From: Bugula neritina
Taxonomy: Eukaryota; Animalia; Bryozoa
Assembly: GCA_964035545.1 (NCBI GenBank)
Contig: OZ037768.1
Span: 19,141,700-19,205,699, forward strand
Length of the DNA stretch: 64,000 nt
Direction: 5' to 3'
In this document: positions 1-21,100 of the stretch, piece by piece
Numbering within the stretch: position 1 is the first letter of the stretch
How the letters are laid out: the number at the start of each line of letters is the position of its first letter
Notes under the pieces: model-generated
Databases searched by the model: none
What the model was told of the DNA's origin: nothing
Seen by the model: only the letters and a program-made list of their open reading frames with translations
Translations under genes and position numbers: made by a program

Positions 1-529
1 CTCGAAGTTGGTCCCCGTCTTTTAAAACACTTTGCACTATTCTTTATCACTATGTCACCATGCGTCCATATAAGATGGATTACACCAAAACTGCACATTC
101 CTATTGCTGTGGTTGCATTATCTTCACACTGTCCCCATGCATCACAATGAAAACCAATACGCATAATGGAAAGCATGAGGATGTAGTATATGGCATGGCT
201 GTTGAATCATTAAGCTTGCAACAGTCTGAAATTTCTATTTTTGAATTGGCATAATTATTTTACAGCACCATATGTTAATATAATCTATTTGTGTACTCTT
301 GAAATAGATTATTTTTAAACAGTTCCTTTGTTTTTTTCGCCTGACAGATGGATGTAATATTTAAAATACTTGAAGGCCACTTTTGTATCTATGCAATATA
401 TGCTAACAGTGGGTTAATGCCCTCATAAATCACACTAGTCAGTAATACACACTTTTTCCTTCTAATACATTTACAGTTGTATAAACTAGCTGTATGGGTG
501 AAAATAGCACGGTCTACTTCTCTTTGCAG

Positions 530-3500
530 CTGTCTAAGGTGCCAGTCACAAAGCTCTGACTTTTCCTATCAAATGTCCAGTATAATTGCTGATAGGCTCA
601 GAATTCCATGGGTTGGAGGGTCGGGCGCCATACAGGTTAGAGCTATTGCCACTTATAAGAGTGTGGAAGGCGATTGCATAGCCTTAAGATCTGGGATTTT
701 ATTTTTACTTATGCTGAGTATAATACCATGCATGCCAATATATAATACAGCAAGGGCGTAGCTCACTTCATTTAAGGCAGTTTGAAGATGTGTCTAATTA
801 ATTACTTAGATATATGTAGACTGTAGCATGTTTACTTGTAAACACTGCATAGAAAATTCCTTGCACATGGTTTGAAATAGTTGCAGCTATTATATGCTGT
901 AGCTGAGTGGCTCATTTCCTTTCTACTTCAGTTCATGGTTTGAGCGAGAGAGTAGTTTTTAATTTTGCTTGTGTTGTCGGTTTTTGTATGCAAGTATTTC
1001 TATTTATTTGCATGTGAAAATTTCTTAAGGGTAACCTAACTTTTCAACCTTCTTGTAGAAAGTTACTGTTCCTGCCTAGCCATGTGACCACAATAGCTCT
1101 TGAGTCATTTTTGAACAACTGTTGTTAATACAACATGGCTAGTGATTAGTGTGTTACATGATGCAATACCAATAGGAGTTGTGCTCTTTTAGCTCCAGCT
1201 GGATGTTTTCTCTCCTATACTTATAATACCGACACTGTTGGTTATATCTATAACTCATCACTACGTGGCGTGGACCGTCTCCATTCTCACTCCGCTCTGT
1301 CTCCTCCTCTACTACAGATCCTGGAGGAACAACCCCCAGCGCACCAGAACTAGGTTCTTTTTCTCCTGGGGTCTTGGTATGTGCAGACAATTGTTATACA
1401 CAATATATTCTAGTAGAATGAAGTCTTATGCACTAATAGAAATAAATGACATCTACAAATAGCTTGTTGATTTTCTGATTCAGCATAGTTTTTACTTATT
1501 TTGTATTGATGATGGTTATTATTATTTTTAAAAACAGCTCATGTCATTTGATAATAAGAAATTGATTAGCCGGTGTAGTAACCAAACACATACTAAGTTC
1601 AATCGTATTAATGAAAATTTATAGTCGCCATCCCCGAGACAACCCCAAATAGAAAGATTTTTTTTAGTCAGACTTTTTCTTTACTGTGACAAAGGAGTAA
1701 TTACGACTGATTTTTCTTTCTCACACCACCATTGGCCTTTACTGGGATTTCATTACTTTGCATAATGTAAATGTATGCTGGGTGAATTTGTGGTTGCAGT
1801 TTGCATGAACTTATGGTTTTGATTTCATTCGATGTATGTAACTGTTTCCAAACACCAAATGCAAATTCCATTGAAGCTGGAGACACAGTACTTTACTGGG
1901 ATTTGAACCACTGAACTCATGTTTACTAAGCCCGTGCTCTAACCCCTAGACACTATGGTAGATATCAACAAGTATTTGTACTTTTGTTGTAGTGAGCGTG
2001 TTCGCCATGGCCTACGTCTTCTTTGGTACTGCTATATTCTACAGAGAGACTTATCTATTCGAGGGAATGGTAGAACTCGGACTATTTTTTATCATGTTAT
2101 ATACTCTCTACCTCACAAAGCAGGACCCTGGCTCTATACGGCAGGACCACATTCAGGACTCCTTTATGAGGACTTTTACCGTGCCTAAAGGCAAACTAAA
2201 AAATTCTACTCCACACAATACCAGTATTTGTGAGTTGAGTTTATTTTTAGTTCTCTAGCATAGGGCAGTAAACAGGTTTTCTGGCAAGTGTTAAAATAAA
2301 TGTTGATATTCTAAATGTTGAAATTTAGGTTAGACGTGGGCCTGACTATTTTAAATGCATTCATTTGCCTCGAAACAATTTGCTTGTTGAAACATTTTCA
2401 ACCCATATTATTGATGTATGAATTGATAAGCTGGTTTCTGGACTAAATCATGTCCTGTAATGCTCAGTAAGACTGAACTGTTGGTCACTTTATAAAAAAA
2501 GCTGCAAGCTTTGCAGACTTTTAAATTTACTAACAAAGTTTTGAATGACATGCATTGCATTGATTAAAAGCGTTCTCATTGACAGTTTCTAAGCCAGTTA
2601 GTACCTTATACTTGAGTTGGTAATTCATAATTTAACTTAGGGAGAGGCATAACACTTGATAATGTACCTGAAAATGATGTACAGCTAAAATAAAAAACCC
2701 TTCTTGATTGAAGAATATAAAAGTATTAGGATTTTCACATCGAAAAACAAAGCAGACTCAATCTAAATTCAACTGATGGGTGTATTGCATTAAATTTCTT
2801 AGTACAGTAATTGGGTTTATTGTTAATACTGTTACTGCAATAAGGTACAATAGTAATCAATATATTATGTGTGCTTATAGCAAGATACATTAATATAAAG
2901 TATAATTATTCAGAACCTATATCTTCAGCAGGTGTAACCAAATTGTAGTTGAGATAAAAATTATACTGTTTTAGTATAGTTGACTTTCGCAATGCTTTTT
3001 AATGCCCTTTGGCTTATTATTGGGCATCTTCAAGTTTCAAATTTTCTGGTTTGGGTCACCAAATTTTGCTCTATGCAACTGTAATGGGACGAATTTTGTT
3101 AAGTGCTATTTGTTATAATCTGACTGACAATATGGACTTATTCAAACTTCAATGGAAATGTCTCAAATTTATGTCTATCAACATGTGATTAACATCAGCT
3201 CTATTTAGTCAGGATCCAACTACTAGCTTTGCTGATATGTAGGTAACTGCAGCCTTCCCCTACAGGTAATAAAAACCTGGCACACAGCTATCTATGTAAA
3301 CTAACTGAGATATTCATCTAGATACCAATTAGCTTCTATTATTTTTCGTTTCCATAAATAACATCCTCTGTCTGATTTGTAATGTCATCTCATGAAAATA
3401 TTTTAAATGGTATTAAAACACTACATTTAAGTCTACTTTTGAAAAAAATATAATTTCTTTTAAATTTAAATTTTGAAGTCAACTTTTGAATTTATGACTT

Positions 3501-6500
3501 ATTTTGCATTTGATAAATTTTAACTTAGTACCAAGTTTCTAACCAGCATTTGTGTTACTTCTAACCAGCATTTGATACAATGTATGAGTCACCTTATATG
3601 GTGGGCTGTCTGATGGTATGTTTTTATAATCAATTAGTATAATCTCAAATAACTTGTTTATCTAATATGGTCATTGACTTGTGATTGCTTTTTACTTTCA
3701 AATGAAATGAATAATAAGCAAGCAACTATCCTAGATTGAAGCACCTTAACATGTATATTTTGTTATTTGCAGCTCGTTTGGTGAATGAAAAGCTAGACAA
3801 AGTTTCACGTCATATTAGACAATCAAGTTGGTCCCCTCAAGCCTCTACAGGAAGATTGTTAACAGAAGGCGGGGACAGTAGACATTCGCCCCTTTCTTTT
3901 CCAACTCAGGCACTTCCTTCTAAAAGCAGCATACCTAATGCACAGAAACTTAGAGGTATGTATGCTACATCAGTTTTATGTAGTATATAATTTATTTGTT
4001 TTTCTAACCTGAAATGGGTTCGCTATGAAAGTCCCTTTATACATCAATTGGGAAACTAGGTCTATAGTCTAGACTTATGGTTTATTTTACTAATGATGAG
4101 ATTATTTTCAAACAAAATTTATAAACTATGCAAGTTTTGTCATGAATATATTGTTCTGCTTACATTTCATATGCTAATATAACTATAAAAAAACTCTAAA
4201 ACCTCAAATTCCAGCTCCGAATTTCACCTGAAAGTAGTAATGATATCTTTGAGACTATGTATCATTTTATTAACACGAGAATATCATAATGAATTACACA
4301 GTCTATTCTTAAACATTTAAATAGTTAATTTGATGATCTTAATTTAAAACTATATCTTTAGATTTCTTCATGAATAGCTGAAGCTCAGAAAGATCCTGTG
4401 ACATTGTCTATATAATATTATACGAGTTTCCTTTCATATACGTTGCGGTAATGTTTCAGATGCTCACGTGAAGGCGGCAGCTAGTGGCTGTAGCCATTGC
4501 AATGTGAAGTTGCCCCCTCGTGCTAGTCACTGTAATGTTTGCTGTCAGTGCTATGCAGTCCGTGATCATCACTGCATTTGGTAAGTTATATTATGTTATT
4601 CAAGACCTACTAGTATAAAATACGCCATTATCTGTTAGTTTGGCTATGAACAGTTTTCTGTCTGTGCAGCAAATTTGAAAGTCACAATCTCAACTAACTA
4701 TGGTTTTCTGTTGCTAATTTTAAAATAAGTTGAAAGATTCAGACTCAAGCTAAACAAAATCAACCCACAGTGTTCATACACACTCTGTTAGGTTTGCCAT
4801 GCTGTGGTTATCCGCCAATGTGATGGAAGGCTTCAATTGGTCACTAGGTTACTAGGCTAACAGGCTGCTAGGTTACTAGGCTAACAGGCTGCTAGGTTAC
4901 TAGGCTAACAGGCTGCTAGGTTACTAGGCTAACAGGCTGCTAGGTTACTAGGCTAACAGGCTGCTAGGTTATTAGGGTCACATGACAAATAGTTAGGCAA
5001 GTTCCCTTTAAAGTTTCTATGATATGCAATAAAAATTATAGTATACTTTCTAGCTATGATATTTAAAAAAATATTTCTATTTGATGTTTGAGAGATAAAG
5101 GCTATTGTGGTGGTCAAATTATGTAATAGCTAATTAAAAATATATTACTGCAGTATAAATACCCTGTTAAACCCACTAGATTGTTAGCATTTGTGGAAAC
5201 TGTTTTTGAGGCATGCATTTTGGGTATGTAACTGCGAATGTCAATGTAAAGAATAAAGTTATACTAGTGTAATTAATATACACTTTTGTTAGACTGAGTT
5301 GTAAAGAAACAAATATTAACCTCTCATATGAGATGTAATATATTTATATAAAACTTTTTGATGTTATCATATACGTGGTTTGTTGATTGTTACAGGTTAG
5401 ACCAATGCATAGGATTACGCAATCACAGAGCATTCATTGTATTGATAATCATGTTCCTCATAGTCTCTATATACGGTCTCCATCTCACACTCACTACTAT
5501 ATGTACTCCTATTATGATGCTAGACTTCTTCCTTCTACCTGTCGACTGCAGATATGTCTATTCTGATTTACTGTAAGTATAAATATCCTACTCACTGTAA
5601 GTATAAGTATCCTACTTACTGTAAGTATAAATATCCTACTTACTGTAAGTATAAGTATCCTACTTACTGTAAGTATAAGTATCTCACTTACTGTAAGTAT
5701 AAGTATCCTACTTACTGTAAGTATAAGTTTCTAATTTACTGTAAGTATAAGTATCCTACTTACTGTAAGTCTAAGTATCTTTACGTATCCTATAAAAAAA
5801 CTTACATTTGTTTAAACTTTAAAGTCTCCATTCCTGTCGGAACCTTTGTTGCTAAGAGTTTTCTCGAACCCATACCTGGCACTCACTAAGTCAATACTCT
5901 AACTGCAGCTGCTACCTTCCCGTATCCTATATGCAGCTACTATAAATTTATCAACTATCCACTCTATATTCTGTGAAATTTCCTCATATACCATTGACAT
6001 TAGATTTGCTTTAAAATTTGGTGTTTTGAAGTTGTCTCCTTTATCCTTACAATGCATACCAGGTGCCAAAGTGACCTTTCAAGTAGTGTTATGCTAAGTT
6101 AATGCAAAGTTTATTATGTCTTTGTCAATTATTTGATGTATAATTAATATGCTTAATTCATTTAAAAGAGCGAATAACAGTACAAAATGAAAAGGCATTG
6201 CTGTTGAATATAATCTGGGTGTGTTTTCTCGGTGTAATCTTACATAGAGTTTAGGAGAAAACAAGCTCATATAAACTGTATATTGTATAGGGTATAGAGT
6301 AGAGCTAAAGTGACAGCAGATTGATTTACAGCTACCTTTTGCTGCTCTGCTCGCACAGTTTTATAATTCCTTTGCCAAAGTTGTAAGGCTTATATTTCTT
6401 CTTTTTAATTTAATCCACCATGGCTGTCCCTTCGTACTGCTTGATCTGTGGTCATGTTTAGGTTATTATCTAATTGATAATATTTTGTCTTTGAACGTTG

Positions 6501-7412
6501 ATAATCATTATACGTGTATTTTCGGTTTCGTGACTGTAATCATAGTACTTTGGTTGTCATACCAAGTCTGTGCCCTTGTACACTCTGACACTACACGATT
6601 CTAACTAATTACATTACATTGAGTGCAGTAATGGAGAAATTGGTTAAAACCCTGTGTACTAAATGAGAGATATAGCAAAAGGAGTTATGTTCTCTTGAGA
6701 ATTTTCATGTGTGCTTCAAAGCGAATTTGTAAATATTGTTAAAGGACTTAGTCTATTAAAATTTCTCTGTTCTTGCATCTACTATATTGAATGAACTCAT
6801 GTATCTTTAATGTCTACAGAAAATGTTCCACAGCAGCTGTATCAATGGATTTGTTGTAGTTGTCTTCCAGCACTTTGTCTCAGTGTTCAAATAAACTTGC
6901 ATATATTCTGCATGTACATTGTATATAACAAACCTTCCATTCTGAAGTATAAATTTACACCCAAATTTCCTATATGGTGCCTTAAATCTACTTTTTATAG
7001 TAATAAATAGAAGGTGTATTACTGCCTAAAGTTTCTGCATTCTGTAAAAATATTTACTTATGTTACTCAATATGTGCTTTGATTTACTAATGAACTTAGA
7101 ATGTGTATTTTATCTTGTAGGGGAGCCGTTGCCTACGTCAGCTGCTGTTACACCTGTGTTATCGTGGTGCTAGTAATAGTACTTCTCATTCAGCAAATGA
7201 TCCTTATTAGTCAGAATATAACTATACAGGAATTCAACAGGTTTATACAGACAAGAGACTCTAGCGGCTCTCAGATAGCCTGGTGGAAGTCTTTCTTTGC
7301 TGCTGGCAATCCATATGACACTGGGTTTAGGAAAAACCTTGCATTGTTCCTCAGGAGGACTCGGCATGAACCAATCAGACATAGTCGAGATTGCGAGGAA
7401 AGTTTAGAATGA
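530..7412 (+). CDS. ZDHHC23: Palmitoyltransferase ZDHHC23-like (5'-partial; 7 exons visible)
   Basis: Phase-consistent exons 530-635, 1193-1376, 1993-2229, 3773-3955, 4460-4580, 5396-5572, 7120-7412. The DHHC-CRD reads CSHCNVKLPPRASHCNVCCQCYAVRDHHCIWLDQCIGLRNHRAF. The N-terminal IADRLRIPW matches the ISDRLRIPW I recall for ZDHHC23. C-terminal NITIQE and NPYDTGFRKNL match the TTxE/PaCCT-type motifs. Several TM segments. Start codon not identified in the window. Confidence 0.9.
1690..1953 (-). mobile_element. tRNA-derived SINE copy interrupted by a 140-bp insertion
   Basis: Matches the copies at 26976, 39803 and 55085 (ggagtaattacgac...accattggcctttactgggattt...gaacc...tttactaag...ctctaacccctaga). 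The 14-mer ctttactgggattt is duplicated at 1737-1750 and 1891-1904. Confidence 0.7.
4844..4976. repeat. 24-bp minisatellite (ctaggttactaggctaacaggctg), about 5.5 copies
   Basis: Direct tandem copies in a ZDHHC23 intron. Confidence 0.95.
5569..5790 (+). repeat. 24-bp minisatellite (tactgtaagtataagtatcctact), about 9 copies, containing the 5' splice site
   Basis: gtaagt recurs at 5573, 5597, 5621, 5645, 5669, 5693, 5717, 5741 and 5765. The first is the real donor. Confidence 0.95.
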
Positions 7413-8149
7413 GTTGAAAAAAGTTTAGAAGAAACCGTTATTTATAAGCAACCTTTAAGGTGGTTGTTTCAGCTGTAAATTCTTTTTAAACCTGTACTTA
7501 ATTATCTATCTGACATAATTTTGTATTATATATCACCAAAGATATTCAGTAAATGTATAAGGTGCATTACTGCAGCATTATTTATATTAAGTGATACATG
7601 GGAACACATGAGGTCTTTGCTATGTAAACTTTTCATGTTTCTTTTACTAATGCTATTGTATAATTTTGACAGTTCTTTGTGCCAATGATCAATTTTTAAT
7701 TTTTAAACAACAACAATTTGCTTTGTTATAACATCCAGCATGCATTTTGGTGTTTCTGCAACCTATAATCTGATCTATTTCGTAAGGCGATGGCCATCCC
7801 TTATGACTCTGTAGGCTACCACAAAATAATATCTTTCATCAGTAGCATGTGCTTCCATGCAACATTCTTTAGCTCTTAGATTAAAAGAAACTGTGTAAAT
7901 CTAGCATTCAATATCTTGGTAAAGCAGACATAAAACAGTAAATAAAACTGAATTGCTACTAATTGGAGTTACACTTGTAGGAAACATTTATTGAATTGAT
8001 TAAACAATAACGTGTTCGAAAATTGATAGACTGATTCAATAATTGGTGCAAGCATTACTCAATGGCTTTAACAGTTAATCTTGGGATATTCTTTTACTTG
8101 CTCATAACTATGCAAAGCAATTCTGAAATAATTTGAAAAATACTGACGC

Positions 8150-8250
8150 TGTGGCCCCCATGCACAAGCTAAAGTTTGCAATGTAGCCCTTGACATGAAA
8201 TATTCGCCTTCAGTGGCCCTGCTCTAAAAAGGTTGGACACCCCTAAGCTA
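8150..8250. mobile_element. Probable hAT-type MITE end remnant
   Basis: Repeated gtggccc motifs ending in ggttggacacccct, resembling the CAGGGGTGTCCAA-type hAT terminus. A similar end occurs at 39293-39305. Confidence 0.4.
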
Positions 8251-8339
8251 GAATAATTTAATTATATAATATTAATATTATAAACATGTTGCATATTAGC
8301 ATATTAATTATTATTCAAACTACTGCCGAGAGTTTTTTT

Positions 8340-8483
8340 ATTGTAATTTGCAATTACAAAACGCATTGTGACGCGGAAAACGGAGTTTCTTATGGGGTAG
8401 AAGTTATCTTACCTAAACGTCATTATAGCTTGACAGTCCACTGACCTCAATGGTGAAAGGCTAGGTCAATATTATTTCAAAAT

Positions 8484-8492
<9 letters not shown>
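8340..8492 (+). promoter_or_regulatory. Putative SUV39H proximal promoter
   Basis: Short CpG-containing stretch just upstream of ATG 8484. It has an imperfect E2F-like gcggaaaa, a CHR-like ttcaaa and a YY1-like aatATGGCGGC over the start codon. Motif matches only. Confidence 0.3.
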
Positions 8493-17342
<8,850 letters not shown>

Positions 17343-18180
17343 GATAGATTTTGAATTTTACCATTTACAAAATAACATTTGATAACTAGATAGATGGTCT
17401 TCAATTTTTATAAATTTCATATTCTTTTTTGCACCAGAGATAGGCTTATGTTTATAATGTTTATATACATTTATTTTTAGCACCGCTACGCAATACCCAG
17501 TTCTATCATGGCCATTGCATAAAAAACTCACTTTTATGCTAAACTAATTTCATTTTTCTGCAAATTCAACACCTTTATTAAAAAACCGTTAGAGTAGCGG
17601 CTCTTTTTGTTTATTAGTTGTCTTTTCTATTTTATTTTATTAATGCATGGGATTTCGTAGAACTTTTTATTTTATTGTAATGAGGACATAACTTGTAGCT
17701 GTAAATAGTAAATTTTCAATAATAATACATTTTCAAAAAATACACCTTCAAATGCTTTGATCCCTTATTACTATACCTGTTGTGCAAATAAATAGGCATA
17801 CAAAATAAACTTAAAAATTATGCTGTCTTATTCTAATGCAATCTAAATAATTCATTTTATGGAATGATCAAGTCACATTCTAAATACATACATACATACA
17901 TTGTGAATGGATAATTATATATTACCAAATATAGAAAAATATATAATTGGCCTTTATCTGCACCGGAAATTTTTTCCTTTAAAATTATTTTGCACGCAAG
18001 CTTCAATTATTTTAAAACAAAGATAACAAACTTGAAAACTGGCATGTTGAGTGCTATATAATAACTAGCTGCATGATACTGGGCCCAAAATGTCCTCTCC
18101 ATGTATTATTTGATGGGGAAAATGTGTTGCAAGCAAATGATAATTTAATTTACGGAATTTGAACTTTGGAAATAACTTGT

Positions 18181-21100
18181 TCAGCTTTTACCATCTTTAG
18201 GACTGCATGAGTATGTCACACCATCTCCAGATATGCCGACTGAAACAAAGTGATACACAATTGAATTCATTATTTTTTCTAGAATGACAAGTAACAGCTT
18301 CGTAATTTTACAATCTATAGTATTTGAACTCTAACATTATAAATGGGCTATGAACTTCTATCTACCCAAGATGTAGAATTACAGCTACAAATCTTAGAAT
18401 GCTTATATATATTCTGTGTACTGGTAGAAATTTAATGCTATTCCATATTAAGAAATAATAATAAATGGTTATGGAGTAAGGTCAAGGGAGCAGTCGTGGT
18501 CTACGGGTTAGAGTGTTTGCCTAGTAAGCACAAAGTCATGGGTTCAACCTGACAAAGGCCATTGGTGATGTTAGGAAGAGCATCAAGTCATAATTGCTCC
18601 TCTGCCCCATCTGAATAAATCCTTAGCCCAATTTAACAAAAACTCCTTTCACCGGGGGGTTTCTCACAGGGATGGTGACTATAAACTTACGTGAGATAAA
18701 CTTCTGTGAATTATAAAGTAAGGTTAGATACTTGTCCTGGAAGAACTATATATCAGATGCTGATAGCTGATTTATACATGGAATTTTACCTGTACGGCTG
18801 GAAGAACTATTTTCATGCTGTTTCATTGATCCATAATTAGGGGTGGGAGGTGTGTCGTCATTTGAACTGTGTTTGCTAGAGCTGGTGATTATATCTTCAT
18901 GACTCTACCAAGCACATTGTAGCAATAAAATAATGCTGCAGAGGATAATATGTGGGTAAATCAATGTCATAGCTGAGCTTTAGGTCTTAACATTACACAT
19001 GATATTCTCTTTATAGTAAAATTAAAGCAAAATCTTTTGAAAACTTTTGTATGGCAGTTCAATCACCTGCAGGTGTAAAACTATAAAGGTTTAACAAAGG
19101 TCAGGCTATGTCTGTGAGTTCAAATATAATTAATTGTGTAAGATGAAAGCCAACAAATAAGTGCTCAAACTGTGGCAGGAGCACAAAATTATATAATTGT
19201 TTATATTGGAGTGAATCAACTCATTACAAAAGCTCCACTAATTGTACAATTATTATATCAACAGTAAAGTTATGAGAATTATAAAATTACATCTAAGAAA
19301 AAATACCTTGCTAATACTGAGGCTCATTTCACACTGTTGAACAGGTTAATGTATAGTTAGTAGGCAAGGTCTTCTATTCACATGTTAACAATTTCATAAA
19401 ATACAGTACATGACTATATACTATATATTAACTCTTCATGTAAACTCTTAATCAATGACATCCATTCAGACTCACCAAGTTGCTCCTGTGATTATCTTCA
19501 GACCGTTTGAATTTTATCTTGAACCTTCTGCATGGCAACTTATCCCTAACATGAGGTGTTGTGAATATAAATACTACACAGTTGAAAAAGCCTTGTGCAC
19601 TGTCTCCCAAACCCTGAAAATAAAAAGTAATTTAAAATTGAGCTGAAGAGAAAAAAAACAATTTTCGAAATAAATTGACTGCATCTTACTAATACAAGCA
19701 TTTACAAATTATGGCTTTGAATTACCACTGGGTGAGTATTCAATTTTAATCCTTCATGATTATTATTTATAAATTTGTTTATTTGGTCACGTTTTGGTCA
19801 CCTTGCACAGCCGTGGTCCTGCGCCTCAAAAAGCTTCATTCATATTGATAAAAAAGAAAGTCTGCTACAAAAGCTGGTATTTCAACACTTTTCAATAATC
19901 AGCCAATAGAAAATGCTGACACATATAACATGCTAACCATATTTTGGTTTTCAAGTATAAATGCTACAACGAGAGTAGGAGAATTTACGTTACTCTAATA
20001 GTCTAATATAACTAACCTGCAGTGGTGCCAAATACATAGCAATACCGCTTGCAAGGGATGACTCGTTTGGTAAATAAAGAAAAAATCTTAGAGTTCCCCA
20101 AATCCTTGCAAGGATGAATACTAGAGGTACAAATAATAACTTCTTGTTAGCGTAGTTGACTGCAGTAGAGCGTGACGTCCTGTTATGGAGAGGGGTGTGG
20201 TCAGATGTTGAGGGGCCTGCCCCACCACCTTGATGCCTTTTCATCCGACTCACCTGAAAATTTCAATATAATATAGCTGTGCCATGCTGTTGCAGTATGG
20301 TATGCTAACATATATCTACATATAAGTACACACACACACAAACTGCACACACGCACACACACACACGCACACACACACACACACACACTGCACGTATACA
20401 CATGTAAGCCAACACACACACAATTCGCATTGCATGCCGTAAATATTCACTGCAAGTTATAAAGTAACAACACTTACATATTTCACAATGTTATACATCA
20501 CTTTTCCATACATTATGCATATAAATATGTACGATGCAATTTCCCAAAGTTTCCCAGAAAGCAGCTGCCATATGACCAACTCAGTTTCTGCTCCTGATTT
20601 TGTTGTGTTACGGGCAGAGATCCAACACCACCAGATGTCCTTCTTATTCAATTCATCGTACCCATATTTGTTGGAGATTGCAGTTATTATTAGAATGACG
20701 ATTGGAACCCCCCAGCAGATGAGATGAGGGATCAACCAGAGTTTGGTGGTGAGGTAGCGGTTCTGTCTTACCACTGTCAGGTATATGTTCAATGCTATAA
20801 CTGAAGTCCAGAAGAAGCTCATCAGTGATGCCGTTGATGCTGCCGCTGCCTGTATCTTGCAAGTTGTGTTCATATTAGTACTTATAGGGGTACCATTATC
20901 AGAGTTATTAGAATACACTTCTGGCACGTGAATGAAGCCTTCAGTTGCTTTGAGCACCCTGAAAAGAATTTCACACAATTTATATAGATCATTGTCGGCC
21001 ATTATCAGCAGACAAACCTTGATTCAGTTACTTTACTAAATTTTCTATTATACAACTATAATTATATCACTAAAATACTACTTGATAAGCCTCTAAATAC

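Noticed and set aside
5554-5889. (CKYKYPTY)n ORF resembling a Tyr/Lys adhesive or metal-binding peptide
   Set aside because: Out-of-frame translation of the donor-site minisatellite, with no signal peptide or independent gene structure.
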